A DNA stretch of 64,000 nucleotides from Terriglobales bacterium. GTDB taxonomy: Bacteria > Acidobacteriota > Terriglobia > Terriglobales > SCQP01. The stretch covers positions 3 to 64,002 of the forward strand of contig DATKSZ010000063.1 of the NCBI GenBank assembly GCA_035531375.1, in the 5' to 3' direction. A model generated the notes under the pieces. It did no database searches, was not told the DNA's origin, and saw nothing but the letters and a program-made list of their open reading frames with translations. Positions 53,033 to 64,000 of the stretch are shown here, piece by piece; position 1 is the first letter of the stretch, and every line of letters begins with the position of its first letter. Both the position numbers and the translations under genes were made by a program.

Positions 53033-53083
53033 CACAAGCGGGACGCGCGCCGCAGGCGCGCTGGGGCCCGCGCCCACCATAGA
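53033..53083 (+). repeat. GC-rich intergenic repeat, copy A (about 90% identical to 63017-63068)
   Basis: The sequence is cacaagcgggacgcgcgccgcaggcgcgctggggcccgcgcccaccataga. It can fold internally as GCGGG-a-CGCGCGCC-gca-GGCGCGC...CCCGC. Confidence 0.6.
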
Positions 53084-53138
53084 CGGGAGCGGGGCGGAAC
53101 CCCGGCGCGGGAACGGCGGAGGCGAGTGCAACCCAAGC

Positions 53139-53147
53139 TGCTATGCT
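53139..53147 (+). promoter_or_regulatory. Extended -10-like element TGcTATGCT, 6 nt upstream of the ruvC ATG (candidate leaderless promoter)
   Basis: Sequence aagcTGCTATGCTtgccccATGCGG. No SD. Confidence 0.4.
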
Positions 53148-53153
53148 TGCCCC

Positions 53154-53654
53154 ATGCGGGTGCTGGGGATTGACTGCGGCAGCGAGGCGACCGGCTACGG
53201 CGTGGTGGCGAGCGATGGGCGGCGCCACCGGGCGCTGGAGTCGGGCACGGTGCGGCTGCGCGGCAGCGGGGCGGCGAGTTTTGCCGAGCGGCTGCACATC
53301 ATCCATGGCCGGCTGACCGAGCTGATGCTGGCGCACCGGCCCGATTGGGTGGCGATCGAGGATGTCTTCTACGCGCAGAACGTGCGCTCGGCGCTGAAGC
53401 TGAGCCACGTGCGCGGGGTGGCGATGCAGGCGGCGGCGGCGCAGGGGCTGCCGGTGGCCGAGTACACTCCGCTGGCGATCAAGAGCGCGCTCACCGGCTA
53501 CGGACGGGCGGACAAGCAGCAGGTGCTGCACATGGTGCGGGTGCTGCTGGCGCTGGAGGAAGACCCCAACTCGCTGGACGCCTCGGACGCGCTGGCGGTG
53601 GCGATTTGCCACCTCCACTCGATCGGCACCGCGGCCTGCGCGGCGCAGGGCTGA
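53154..53654 (+). CDS. ruvC: Crossover junction endodeoxyribonuclease RuvC
   Basis: Start trimmed to ATG 53154 (MRVLGIDCGSEATGYGVV). Motifs are VAIEDVFYAQNVRSALKL, GYGRADKQQV and DASDALAVAICH. Confidence 0.9.
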   Translation: MRVLGIDCGSEATGYGVVASDGRRHRALESGTVRLRGSGAASFAERLHIIHGRLTELMLAHRPDWVAIEDVFYAQNVRSALKLSHVRGVAMQAAAAQGLPVAEYTPLAIKSALTGYGRADKQQVLHMVRVLLALEEDPNSLDASDALAVAICHLHSIGTAACAAQG

Positions 53655-53663
53655 GGAAAGGCG

Positions 53664-56324
<2,661 letters not shown>

Positions 56325-56344
56325 GCCCCGCCACCTGGCGGGGC
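56325..56344 (+). terminator. Stem-loop immediately after the kinase stop (8-bp GC stem, 4-nt loop), no U-tract
   Basis: GCCCCGCC-acct-GGCGGGGC. Confidence 0.35.
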
Positions 56345-56436
56345 AACCAAACCACAGAAGCTGGCATAGAGGCCTGTATTGCAAGCTCCAGGTCTAACCG
56401 GCCACATGCCTGAAGGCATGGGCACGAGGAGGATTT

Positions 56437-59400
56437 ATGGCAGTGGGTCTTTGGGTCGAGCGTGTGGTGATGGGCGGGATGTGGGCGGGGCTGGCGGCGG
56501 TACTGGCCCTAGGCCAAGCAACGAATGTGGGCACGGTCACCGGGCAGGTGACCGACGCGCAGGGCGCGGCGGTGGTGGGAGCGGCGATCGTGCTGACGAA
56601 CACCGCGACCAACGGGTCGCAGGCGACGGTGTCGAACAACATCGGGCGCTACGCCTTCAGCAACGTGCAGCCGGGAACCTACACGCTGGACGTGAAGAAG
56701 GAGGGGTTCAAGGAGGCGGTGGTCAAGGACCAACTGGTGGCGGTGGCCAAGAGCCTGACGCTGAACGTGCCGATGCAGGTGGGCACGGCGACGCAGACGG
56801 TGGAGGTGACGGCGACGGGGGCGGAGCTGCAGACGATGAACGCCACCGTGGGCTCGACCGTGAGCGGGGACGCGATCGTCAAGCTGCCCAACCTGGGGCG
56901 GGATGCCAACGCGCTGACCATGCTGCAGCCCAACACCGCGCCCGACGGGGGTATTGCCGGGGCGGTGATGGACCAGAACAGCTACACCCTGGATGGGGGC
57001 AGCAACAGCGACGAGATGGATGGGGCGCACAACATCTACACGCCCTCGTCGGGCAGCATCGGCTCGGGGGCGGGGGGCAACCCGTCGGGGGTGATTCCGA
57101 CGCCGGCGGACAGCATCGAGCAGTTCAGCGTGGGGGTGGTGAACCAGACGGCGAGCTTCAATGGCTCGGCGGGCTCGTCGGTGGCGATGGTGACCAAGCG
57201 CGGGACGGACGCGCTGCATGGCTCCGCCTACGACTACTACTTGGGCTCCTACCTGAGCGCCAATAGCTGGGTCAACAACCAGAACGGGGCGCCGCGGCCG
57301 AAGAGCCACCAGAACCGCTTTGGGGCGTCGCTGGGAGGCGAGATCATCCCCAACTGGCTGGGCGGAAAGACCTATTTGTTTGGCAACTTCGAGGGGCGGC
57401 GCTATCCGCTGACCGCGACCATCACCAAGCTGGTGCCGAGCGCGCTGCTGCGCGCGGGCGTGGTGCAGGCCAACAACACCGGCGGGGCGGGCTGGACGCC
57501 CTACAACCTCAATCCCACCTCGGTGACGGTGGGCGGGACCACCTATGCGCCGGCGACCTGCGCGCAGCCGGGCGGGGGCACGGGCGCGTGCGATCCGCGC
57601 GGGCTGGGGCTGAACCCGGTGGTGGCGCAGATGTGGACGCAGTACCTGCCGGTAGCCAACGACCTGCACGCCGGCGACCTGCACAACACCCTGGGCTACC
57701 AGACCCAGGTGGCGACGCCGCTGCAGTCGAACTTCTTCGTGGCGCGGATGGACCACGACTTTGGCAGCAGGAACCACTTCACCGCCAGCTACCACTTCTA
57801 TAGCTACAACCCCACCACCACCAACCAAGTGGACATCGGCGGGGCGCTGCCGGGCGACACCTTTGGGCAGGCGGTGGCGACCACGCAGCGGCCGCAGTTG
57901 CCGGCGATGTGGACGGCGGGGCTGACCTCGAGCCTGAGCGCCGACTTCACCAACGACCTCCACTACTCCTACTTGCGCAACTACTGGGAGTGGCTGGGCA
58001 CCACGGTGGTGCCGCAGAACCTGACCGGGTTTGCCGGCCTGGGCGGGGCGCTGGAGATCGGGGGGGAGAGCTCGAACGCTCTCATCCCGTACAACGTCAA
58101 CACCCAGAGCGTGCGCACGCGATTCTGGGACGGGATCGGGCACACCGTCCGGGACGACATGACGCTGCTGCGCGGCAACCACATCTTCCAATTCGGCGGA
58201 ATCTATACCCACCAGTGGGATTACCACCAGCGCAACGACAACGGCGGCGGCATCATGGCGGCCAACGTCTACCAGATCGGCAGCGGGCAGGGGGTGACCA
58301 ACAGCTACGTGCCCACCGGGTTCAGCGGGCCGGCGGGAACGTACAAGACCTACTACAACGAGGTGCTGGGGATCGTGTCGCAGCCGCAGACGCTGTACAC
58401 CCGCAGCGGGCCGCAGCTGGCGCTGCAGCCGCTGGGCACGCCCATGTTCGACAAGAGCACGGTGCCGCTCTACAACGCCTATTTCAGCGATGCCTGGCAC
58501 CTGCGGCCGAGCCTGACGGTGGCCTACGGGGCGGGCTACACGGTGGAGATGCCGCCGGTGGAGGAGGCGGGCAAGCAAGTGATGCTGGTGGACAGCGCCG
58601 GCGCGCCGATCTCGACCACCGACTATCTCGCCACCACCCAGCGGATGGCGCTGGGCGGGCAGGTCTACAACCCGGTGCTGGGCTTCGCCACGGTGCAGAA
58701 CGTGGGCAGCGGGCTGAAGTACCCCTACCATCCCTTCTATGGCGGTTTTAGCCCGCGCCTGTCGCTGGCCTGGAACCCGGGGCACATGGGCGGTTGGCTG
58801 GGATCGCTGCTGGGCGACAACAAGACGGTGATCCGCGGCGGCTGGGCGCGCATCTACGGGCGGCTCAACGGGGTGGACCTGGTGCTGGTGCCGCTGCTGG
58901 GGACGGGCTTGGGGCAGGCCATCGCCTGCGTGGGGGCGACCAGCCCGGCCAGCGGGCTGCCGGCCTGCAACGGGGTGGGCGGGGCGGACCCGACCACCGC
59001 GTTTCGCATTGGCACCGATGGGCTGGTGGCGCCGTTGCCGGCGGCCACCCCCACCCTGCCGCAACCCTATTTTCCCGGTGTCACCCAGAACGGGGTGGTC
59101 AACCCGGCGGCGGGGGCGGGCGAGGTGCTCGACCCCAACTTCAAGCCCAACCGCTCGGACGAGTTCGACCTGACCATCCAGCGGCAGGTGAGCCAGAGCT
59201 TCTCCACCGAGATCGGCTACACCGGGCGCATCATCCGCAACGAGTACCAGGCGATCAACCTGGACGCGGTGCCCTACATGATGACAGCGGGCGGGCAGCA
59301 GTTCCAGCAGGCGTTTGCCAACCTGTATTTGGCCATCGCCAACGGGCAGCAGGCGACGCCGCAGTCGTTTTTCGAGACCGCGCTGGGCGGGCCCGGCTCG

Positions 59401-60474
59401 GCCTATTGCACCGGCTTCGCCACCTGCACGGCGGCGGTGCAGGCCAACGAGGGGCCCACCGGCAATGCCGACATCAGCACCACAGGCAACGACGTCTACA
59501 GCATGTGGAGCAACCTCAACAGCAGCCCGTCATGGGCGCTGGGGCGGACCTTCCCCAGCGCGCCGCCCAGCCAAATGCAGGCCATCTACGCCAACCTGAG
59601 CAACGGCTGGGGCAACTACAACTCGCTGTTCTGGAGCCTCAACATGCGCAACTGGCACGGGCTGACGGCGCTGTCGAACTTCACCTGGAGCCGCTCGTTC
59701 GGCACCGGCCAGGTGGTGCAGGCCACCAGCGAGTACACCGTGGTGGACCCGTGGAACATGCACGCCATGTACGGGCCGCAATACAACGACACCCCGCTCA
59801 ACTACAACCTGTATTTTGTCTATGAGCCGGGGCAGAAGACGCAGCGGGGCTGGCTGGGGCATCTGGCCAACGGCTGGTCGTTCGCGCCGATCCTGACCTG
59901 GAACGGGGGCGGGACGACGGCGGTGGACATCACCAATAGCGGCGGCAACACCGACTGCGCCTCGTTTGGCGCCACCGATTGCACCGCCGGCAGCACCAAC
60001 GAGACGGCGGTGAAGGTGACCGGCTACACCGGCGGCAGCAGCGTGGTGCGGGGCGTGGTGCAGCAGAACGCGGCGGGCGAGGCGGCCGGCATCGGGGTCA
60101 ACAGCGATCCGGCCAACGGCGGCACCGGCATGAACATCTTCGGCGCCAACGCGGCGGCGATCTACAAGGAGTTCCGGCCCATGGTGCTGGGGCTGGACAC
60201 GACCGGCACCTCGGGGGTGATCCGCGGGCTGCCGGTGTGGAACGTGAGCTTTGCGCTGACCAAGGAGATGGCCTTCACCGAGCGCGTGGGGGCGGAGCTG
60301 AGCGCGCAGGCGAGCAACGTCTTCAACCACTTTTCGCCCACCGCCGGCGGCAGCTTCAATTACCTGGGGGCCGGGGCGGCCAACGACATCGGCAACCCGG
60401 CCGACTTTGGCGTGATCACCGGCAACGCGCTGGCGCCGCGGGAACTGGAGATCGGTATCCGCCTGCACTGGTAG
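56437..60474 (+). CDS. TonB-dependent receptor with N-terminal carboxypeptidase-regulatory-like domain (acidobacterial type)
   Basis: 1345 aa with a GAGGAGG SD. The signal peptide is followed by GTVTGQVTDAQGAAVVGAAIVLTNTATN...GTYTLDVKKEGF (CarboxypepD_reg) and then a plug plus a very large beta-barrel. The C-terminal aromatic end is EIGIRLHW. Confidence 0.9.
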   Translation: MAVGLWVERVVMGGMWAGLAAVLALGQATNVGTVTGQVTDAQGAAVVGAAIVLTNTATNGSQATVSNNIGRYAFSNVQPGTYTLDVKKEGFKEAVVKDQLVAVAKSLTLNVPMQVGTATQTVEVTATGAELQTMNATVGSTVSGDAIVKLPNLGRDANALTMLQPNTAPDGGIAGAVMDQNSYTLDGGSNSDEMDGAHNIYTPSSGSIGSGAGGNPSGVIPTPADSIEQFSVGVVNQTASFNGSAGSSVAMVTKRGTDALHGSAYDYYLGSYLSANSWVNNQNGAPRPKSHQNRFGASLGGEIIPNWLGGKTYLFGNFEGRRYPLTATITKLVPSALLRAGVVQANNTGGAGWTPYNLNPTSVTVGGTTYAPATCAQPGGGTGACDPRGLGLNPVVAQMWTQYLPVANDLHAGDLHNTLGYQTQVATPLQSNFFVARMDHDFGSRNHFTASYHFYSYNPTTTNQVDIGGALPGDTFGQAVATTQRPQLPAMWTAGLTSSLSADFTNDLHYSYLRNYWEWLGTTVVPQNLTGFAGLGGALEIGGESSNALIPYNVNTQSVRTRFWDGIGHTVRDDMTLLRGNHIFQFGGIYTHQWDYHQRNDNGGGIMAANVYQIGSGQGVTNSYVPTGFSGPAGTYKTYYNEVLGIVSQPQTLYTRSGPQLALQPLGTPMFDKSTVPLYNAYFSDAWHLRPSLTVAYGAGYTVEMPPVEEAGKQVMLVDSAGAPISTTDYLATTQRMALGGQVYNPVLGFATVQNVGSGLKYPYHPFYGGFSPRLSLAWNPGHMGGWLGSLLGDNKTVIRGGWARIYGRLNGVDLVLVPLLGTGLGQAIACVGATSPASGLPACNGVGGADPTTAFRIGTDGLVAPLPAATPTLPQPYFPGVTQNGVVNPAAGAGEVLDPNFKPNRSDEFDLTIQRQVSQSFSTEIGYTGRIIRNEYQAINLDAVPYMMTAGGQQFQQAFANLYLAIANGQQATPQSFFETALGGPGSAYCTGFATCTAAVQANEGPTGNADISTTGNDVYSMWSNLNSSPSWALGRTFPSAPPSQMQAIYANLSNGWGNYNSLFWSLNMRNWHGLTALSNFTWSRSFGTGQVVQATSEYTVVDPWNMHAMYGPQYNDTPLNYNLYFVYEPGQKTQRGWLGHLANGWSFAPILTWNGGGTTAVDITNSGGNTDCASFGATDCTAGSTNETAVKVTGYTGGSSVVRGVVQQNAAGEAAGIGVNSDPANGGTGMNIFGANAAAIYKEFRPMVLGLDTTGTSGVIRGLPVWNVSFALTKEMAFTERVGAELSAQASNVFNHFSPTAGGSFNYLGAGAANDIGNPADFGVITGNALAPRELEIGIRLHW

Positions 60475-60500
60475 GCGGGCCGCCGGGCGCCGGCGCAGGC

Positions 60501-60509
60501 TGCGATAAT
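60501..60509 (+). promoter_or_regulatory. Extended -10-like element TGcGATAAT, 6 nt upstream of the ALDH ATG (candidate leaderless promoter)
   Basis: Sequence ggcTGCGATAATgaaggcATGGCG. Confidence 0.4.
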
Positions 60510-60515
60510 GAAGGC

Positions 60516-61937
60516 ATGGCGCGGCTCTATCCGTTTGTGATGGGCGGGGAACAGGTGGTTCCCGAGCATCTGGCGATGGTGCGGTCCCCGTTCAGCGGGG
60601 ATGTGGTGGGACAGTGCGGGGCGGCCAGCGGGCTGGAGGTGGAGCGGGCGGTGGAGGCGGCGGCGGGGGCGCGGGAGGCGATGGCGGCGCTGCCGGCCTG
60701 GAAGCGGAGCGAGGCGCTGCGCGAGCTCGAAAACGCGGTGCGGATCCACCAGGACGAGCTGGCGGGCCTGATCGCCGCCGAGGCGGCCAAGCCCCTGCGC
60801 GACGCCCGCGCCGAGGTGCAGCGCGGGCTGCTGACGCTGCGCACCGCCGCCGAGGAGGCGCTGCGCATGGTGGGCGAGGCGGCGCCGCTGGACTTCAGCG
60901 CCCAGGGCGAGGGGCGCTGGTCGGTGGCGCGGCGCTTTCCCATCGGCGCCATCGCCGGCGTCACCCCCTTCAACTTCCCCCTCAACCTGGTGCTGCACAA
61001 GCTGGCGCCGGCGCTGGCCAGCGGCAACTCCATCATCATCAAGGCTTCGCCGCGGGCGCCGTTGACGGCGCTGCGGCTGGGGGAGTTGGCGCTGGGGCTG
61101 GAACTGCCGCCGGGAGCGGTGAACGTGCTGGCCGGAGGCGCCGAGCCGGTGGAGCAGTTGCTGGGCGATGGGCGGGTGGCGATGCTGTCGTTCACCGGCA
61201 GCGCCGCCGTGGGCTGGCAGCTCAAGGCGCGGGCGGGACGGAAGCGGGTGGTGCTGGAGCTGGGCGGCAACGCCGCCAACATCGTGCACCAGGACGCCGA
61301 CCTGGAGCTGGCGGCGGCGCGGCTGGCCGCGGGAGCGTTCGGCTATGCCGGGCAGAGCTGCATCTCGGTGCAGCGGGTGTACGCCCACCGCGCCATTTAT
61401 GCCGAGCTGCGGGAGCGGCTGGTGGCCCAGGCCGGAGCGCTGCGGCTGGGCGATCCCCGCGACGAGACCACCGATGTGGGGCCGATGATCACCGATGAGG
61501 CCGCCAACCGCGCCTTTGGCTGGATGGAGGAGGCGGTCGCGGCGGGGGCGCAGGTGGCCTGCGGCATGAAGCGCAATGGCGGCTTTGTCTGGCCCACCAT
61601 CCTGGAGCAGGTGCCGGCGCAGGCGGCAATCTCCAAGGAAGAGGCCTTCGCGCCGGTGCTGCTGCTCGCCCCCTATGACAGCGGGGCCGAGGCGCTGCGC
61701 GAGGCCAATGCCAGCCGCTACGGGCTGCAGGCGGCGGTGTTCACCCGCAACTTGGAGTTTGCGCTGGAGGCGTTTCGCCAACTCGAGGTGGGGGCGGTGC
61801 TGATCAACGAGGCCTCGAACTGGCGCATGGACCCCATGCCCTACGGCGGTGTCAAGGAGTCGGGCTTCGGGCGGGAGGGGCTGCGGGCGGCGATCGAGGA
61901 GATGACCGAACTGCGGCTGTTGATCCTGCGCCAATAG
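60516..61937 (+). CDS. Aldehyde dehydrogenase family protein
   Basis: Start trimmed to ATG 60516 (MARLYPFVMGGEQV). Motifs are VTPFNFPLNL, the catalytic Glu in VLELGGNA, the catalytic Cys in YAGQSCISVQRV, and PYGGVKESGFGREG. Confidence 0.9.
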   Translation: MARLYPFVMGGEQVVPEHLAMVRSPFSGDVVGQCGAASGLEVERAVEAAAGAREAMAALPAWKRSEALRELENAVRIHQDELAGLIAAEAAKPLRDARAEVQRGLLTLRTAAEEALRMVGEAAPLDFSAQGEGRWSVARRFPIGAIAGVTPFNFPLNLVLHKLAPALASGNSIIIKASPRAPLTALRLGELALGLELPPGAVNVLAGGAEPVEQLLGDGRVAMLSFTGSAAVGWQLKARAGRKRVVLELGGNAANIVHQDADLELAAARLAAGAFGYAGQSCISVQRVYAHRAIYAELRERLVAQAGALRLGDPRDETTDVGPMITDEAANRAFGWMEEAVAAGAQVACGMKRNGGFVWPTILEQVPAQAAISKEEAFAPVLLLAPYDSGAEALREANASRYGLQAAVFTRNLEFALEAFRQLEVGAVLINEASNWRMDPMPYGGVKESGFGREGLRAAIEEMTELRLLILRQ

Positions 61938-61982
61938 GAATCGAGCCGGCCCCTGCCTCGGGCCCGCTGGGCGCAGGGCGGC

Positions 61983-62972
61983 TCAAGCGGCGCCGCTGGA
62001 GGCGCCCAGCAGGGCGTCCACAAATTGGCCGGGCTCGAAGGGGATGAGGTCCTCGGCGCGCTCGCCCACACCGAGGTAGCGGACGGGGAGGCCGAGCTCG
62101 CGGGCGATGGCGACCACGATGCCGCCGCGGGCGGTGCCGTCGAGCTTGGTGACGATGAGGCCGGTGAGGGCGGCGGCCTGGGTGAACTGGCGGGCCTGCT
62201 GCAGGCCGTTCTGGCCGGTGGTGGCGTCCAGCACCAGCAGGGTCTCGTGGGGCGCGCCGGGGACTTGGCGTTCGGCGGTGCGGCGCATCTTGGCCAGCTC
62301 CTGCATCAGGTTGGTCTTGGTGTGGAGGCGGCCGGCGGTGTCCACCAGGACATAGTTGACGTGGCGGGACTTGGCCGCGGCGAGGGCGTCGAAGAGCACG
62401 GCGGAGGGGTCGGCGCCGGGCTTCTGCTGCACCAGCTCGACGCCGGCGCGCTCGGCCCAAACCGCGACCTGCTCGGTGGCGGCGGCGCGGAAGGTGTCGC
62501 CGGCGCAGATCAGGGAACTGAAGCCCTCGCTCTTGTAGCGCTGCGCCAGCTTGCCGATGGAGGTGGTCTTGCCGGCGCCGTTGACGCCCACCAGCAGGAT
62601 GACGAAGGGGGCGCCGTCGGTGGTTTCGCGCGGCGGGCGGGCGGTGCGGTCGAAGATGGCGACCAGCTCGGCCTTGATGGCGGCGCGGACGGCCTCGGCC
62701 GAGGTGTTGGCATCGCGGCCGCGTTGCTGCTCGAGTTGCTGGCGGACGCGGGCGACGATGTCGGCGGCGGTGCGGGCTCCCAGGTCGGCGGAGACTAGGG
62801 TGGCCTCGAGCTGGCGCAGGAGCTCGGGGCGGACGGTGGGGTTGCCCTGGAACAGGTCCTCGACCTGGGCGACCAACTGGTCGCGCGTTTTCTCTACGGC
62901 TCCGGCGACTTTCTCGCTGAGGCGCTCGAAGAGCGAGGGCTTCGGCGGCTCGCCAAACAGGGTTTGAATCAT
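61983..62972 (-). CDS. ftsY: Signal recognition particle receptor FtsY
   Basis: 329 aa with GTPase motifs [33 protein letters not shown] and [11 protein letters not shown]. Confidence 0.95.
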   Translation of the reverse strand: MIQTLFGEPPKPSLFERLSEKVAGAVEKTRDQLVAQVEDLFQGNPTVRPELLRQLEATLVSADLGARTAADIVARVRQQLEQQRGRDANTSAEAVRAAIKAELVAIFDRTARPPRETTDGAPFVILLVGVNGAGKTTSIGKLAQRYKSEGFSSLICAGDTFRAAATEQVAVWAERAGVELVQQKPGADPSAVLFDALAAAKSRHVNYVLVDTAGRLHTKTNLMQELAKMRRTAERQVPGAPHETLLVLDATTGQNGLQQARQFTQAAALTGLIVTKLDGTARGGIVVAIARELGLPVRYLGVGERAEDLIPFEPGQFVDALLGASSGAA

Positions 62973-63016
62973 GCCCTTTTATTTTCGCATGGGGGCACGC
63001 CGCTCGCGGGGCGGCT

Positions 63017-63068
63017 CACAAGCGGGACGAGCGCCATAGGCGCGCTGGGGCCCGCGCCAACCATTAGA
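63017..63068 (+). repeat. GC-rich intergenic repeat, copy B (about 90% identical to 53033-53083)
   Basis: The sequence is cacaagcgggacgagcgccataggcgcgctggggcccgcgccaaccattaga. It lies between the ftsY start and the porin stop, and its last bases overlap the porin TAA. Confidence 0.6.
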
Positions 63069-64000
63069 GATCGGCGTGGACTCGCCAGCCCAGGACCAGC
63101 ACCGGGCCGCGGTCGCGGTTGTAGCCGGGGTTGCGGATCCACTGCAGGTCGGGGCCCCAGGAGGCAAAGGCGCCCAGCGGCCGGGTCCAGTAGAACTCGG
63201 CGATGGTCTCGCGGCCATAGCGCAGGGCGCCGTCGCCGAGCAGGAAGCCGAGGCCTCCGCGGGCCAAGTAGGCCGCATGGGCGGCGGACAGGCCGTTGCT
63301 GGCGAGGGCGGCGCCCCAGCGGTTGGCGCCCGCCCGCGCCGCCAGGCCGACGGAGGCGGAGTTCTCCGCTTCGGTGTTGGCGTAGTCCTCGACCGCGTCG
63401 TTGTTGGTCCCCAGGCGGGCCCCGAGCCGGAGGCGCGGGGCGAGGCGGCAATCGAGGCTTAGTCCCGCGCCCTGCTTCCAGAGCCAGCGGTGGTGGGCAT
63501 CCACGCTGGTTGCGGCCTGGTCGTACTGGCCCAGGCGGGCGTGGTTGGCGTAGGCGAACAGGCGCACGGTGGCTCCTGGCCAGGCGAACTGGCGCTGGGC
63601 CATCAGCGAAGACGAGTTCCAGTCCAGCCGCATGCCGTTGGGGGTGCGGGGCATGAGCGCATAGGCAAGGCGCCAGGCGCCGGAGGAGAACTCGACCGCG
63701 TCGGTGTAGCCGCGCGTGTCGGCGGCGTAGTCCCAGGCGGGTTGCACGTTGGTGGACCAGTTTAAAAATTGGCGGTGGTCGTCGCCCAGGACCGCGTTTT
63801 GGTCGAAGTAGTCGGCGAGATCGAGGCGGCCGATGCGGAGGGTGGCGCCGCCGCGGTGGCGCTCGGCGTAAAGCCGGGCGAGGTAGATGGAGGGCAGCAG
63901 CGAATCCACCAGGTTGCGGGTGACGTCGAGATTGGCGATGCCGGCCAAGCCGGTGGCGCCGCCCAGGGGACGGCCGTTGGCGGCCTCGAGGTCGAGGTGG
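63064..64000 (-). CDS. Carbohydrate-selective porin (OprB family-like), 3' part only; the gene continues past the right edge
   Basis: The frame stays open to the window end (HLDLEAANGRPLGGATGLAGIANLDV...), so the TTG at 63948 in the track is probably internal. The sequence is beta-barrel-like with alternating residues, and has FLLGDGALRYGRETIAEFYW and C-terminal LVLGWRVHADL. Confidence 0.6.
   Translation of the reverse strand, partial: HLDLEAANGRPLGGATGLAGIANLDVTRNLVDSLLPSIYLARLYAERHRGGATLRIGRLDLADYFDQNAVLGDDHRQFLNWSTNVQPAWDYAADTRGYTDAVEFSSGAWRLAYALMPRTPNGMRLDWNSSSLMAQRQFAWPGATVRLFAYANHARLGQYDQAATSVDAHHRWLWKQGAGLSLDCRLAPRLRLGARLGTNNDAVEDYANTEAENSASVGLAARAGANRWGAALASNGLSAAHAAYLARGGLGFLLGDGALRYGRETIAEFYWTRPLGAFASWGPDLQWIRNPGYNRDRGPVLVLGWRVHADL

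Noticed and set aside
56362-56383. TGGCAT...TTGCA upstream of the TonB-dependent receptor gene, resembling sigma-54 -24 and -12 boxes.
   Set aside because: The GG-to-GC offset is 18 nt instead of 12, which is incompatible with sigma-54 recognition. The same problem applies to TGGCAA...TTGCC at 42228-42248 upstream of recO (offset 17). That second sequence is better explained as an 8-bp hairpin, GGCAA(a)GGC-tag-GCCTTGCC.
56509-59064. 851-aa minus-strand ORF, and plus-strand ORFs at 57909-58751 and 58794-59825.
   Set aside because: They are antisense or alternative frames of the TonB-dependent receptor gene and are low complexity.

Overview
High-GC (roughly 68-70% by eye) chromosomal segment. 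It is most likely from an Acidobacteriota (Terriglobia-like) genome: it has a CarboxypepD_reg-type TonB-dependent receptor, a Ser/Thr kinase fused to a TolB-like propeller, an acidobacterial-type VWA protein and permease-less MacB-type ABC ATPases. I call about 56 protein genes, densely packed and mostly housekeeping or envelope functions.

Gene content, left to right:
- clpC (5' part), lolD and a divergent lolC/E permease, psd, PolX, and an ACP plus KAS-II pair.
- A vapBC toxin-antitoxin module.
- An ~8.6 kb minus-strand glyco-operon running from a GH-A hydrolase through an epimerase, a GT4 and three CgeB-like glycosyltransferases to a TPR protein and kdsB.
- korAB, a decayed vapBC relic, an AlkA-like glycosylase, an SDR, a TonB-M48 pair, an amidohydrolase, scoAB, a GH38 mannosidase and YceI.
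- A locus of membrane-fusion protein, ABC ATPase, TolC-like protein, second ABC ATPase, NtrC-type regulator and histidine kinase.
- An M28 peptidase, recO-glyQ-glyS, a small HEPN-containing two-gene module, a VWA protein, fabZ-lpxA-lpxI-Gfo, an M20 peptidase, ruvC, the Ser/Thr kinase, a 1345-aa TonB-dependent receptor, an ALDH, ftsY and a partial OprB-like porin.

I found no rRNA, tRNA, CRISPR array, transposase or integrase.

Most interesting observations:
1. Two paralogous promoter regions each carry a GTGTCCG-N4-CGGACA palindrome about 80-100 bp upstream of near-identical sigma-54-type -24/-12 elements. They sit in front of an efflux-like locus that has two ATPases, an adaptor, an outer-membrane channel and its own NtrC/HK pair, but no permease.
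2. A clan GH-A glycoside hydrolase has beta-strand order that looks circularly permuted. It heads an operon with three tandem CgeB-like paralogues.
3. Many genes show a (TGn)TAnnnT -10-like hexamer 6-8 nt before the start codon, suggesting leaderless mRNAs.
4. A GC-rich intergenic repeat family is present.
5. All three toxin-antitoxin-like modules carry reading-frame lesions.

Many long ORFs in the supplied track are antisense shadows typical of high-GC DNA and were rejected. Several track ORFs were trimmed at the 5' end.
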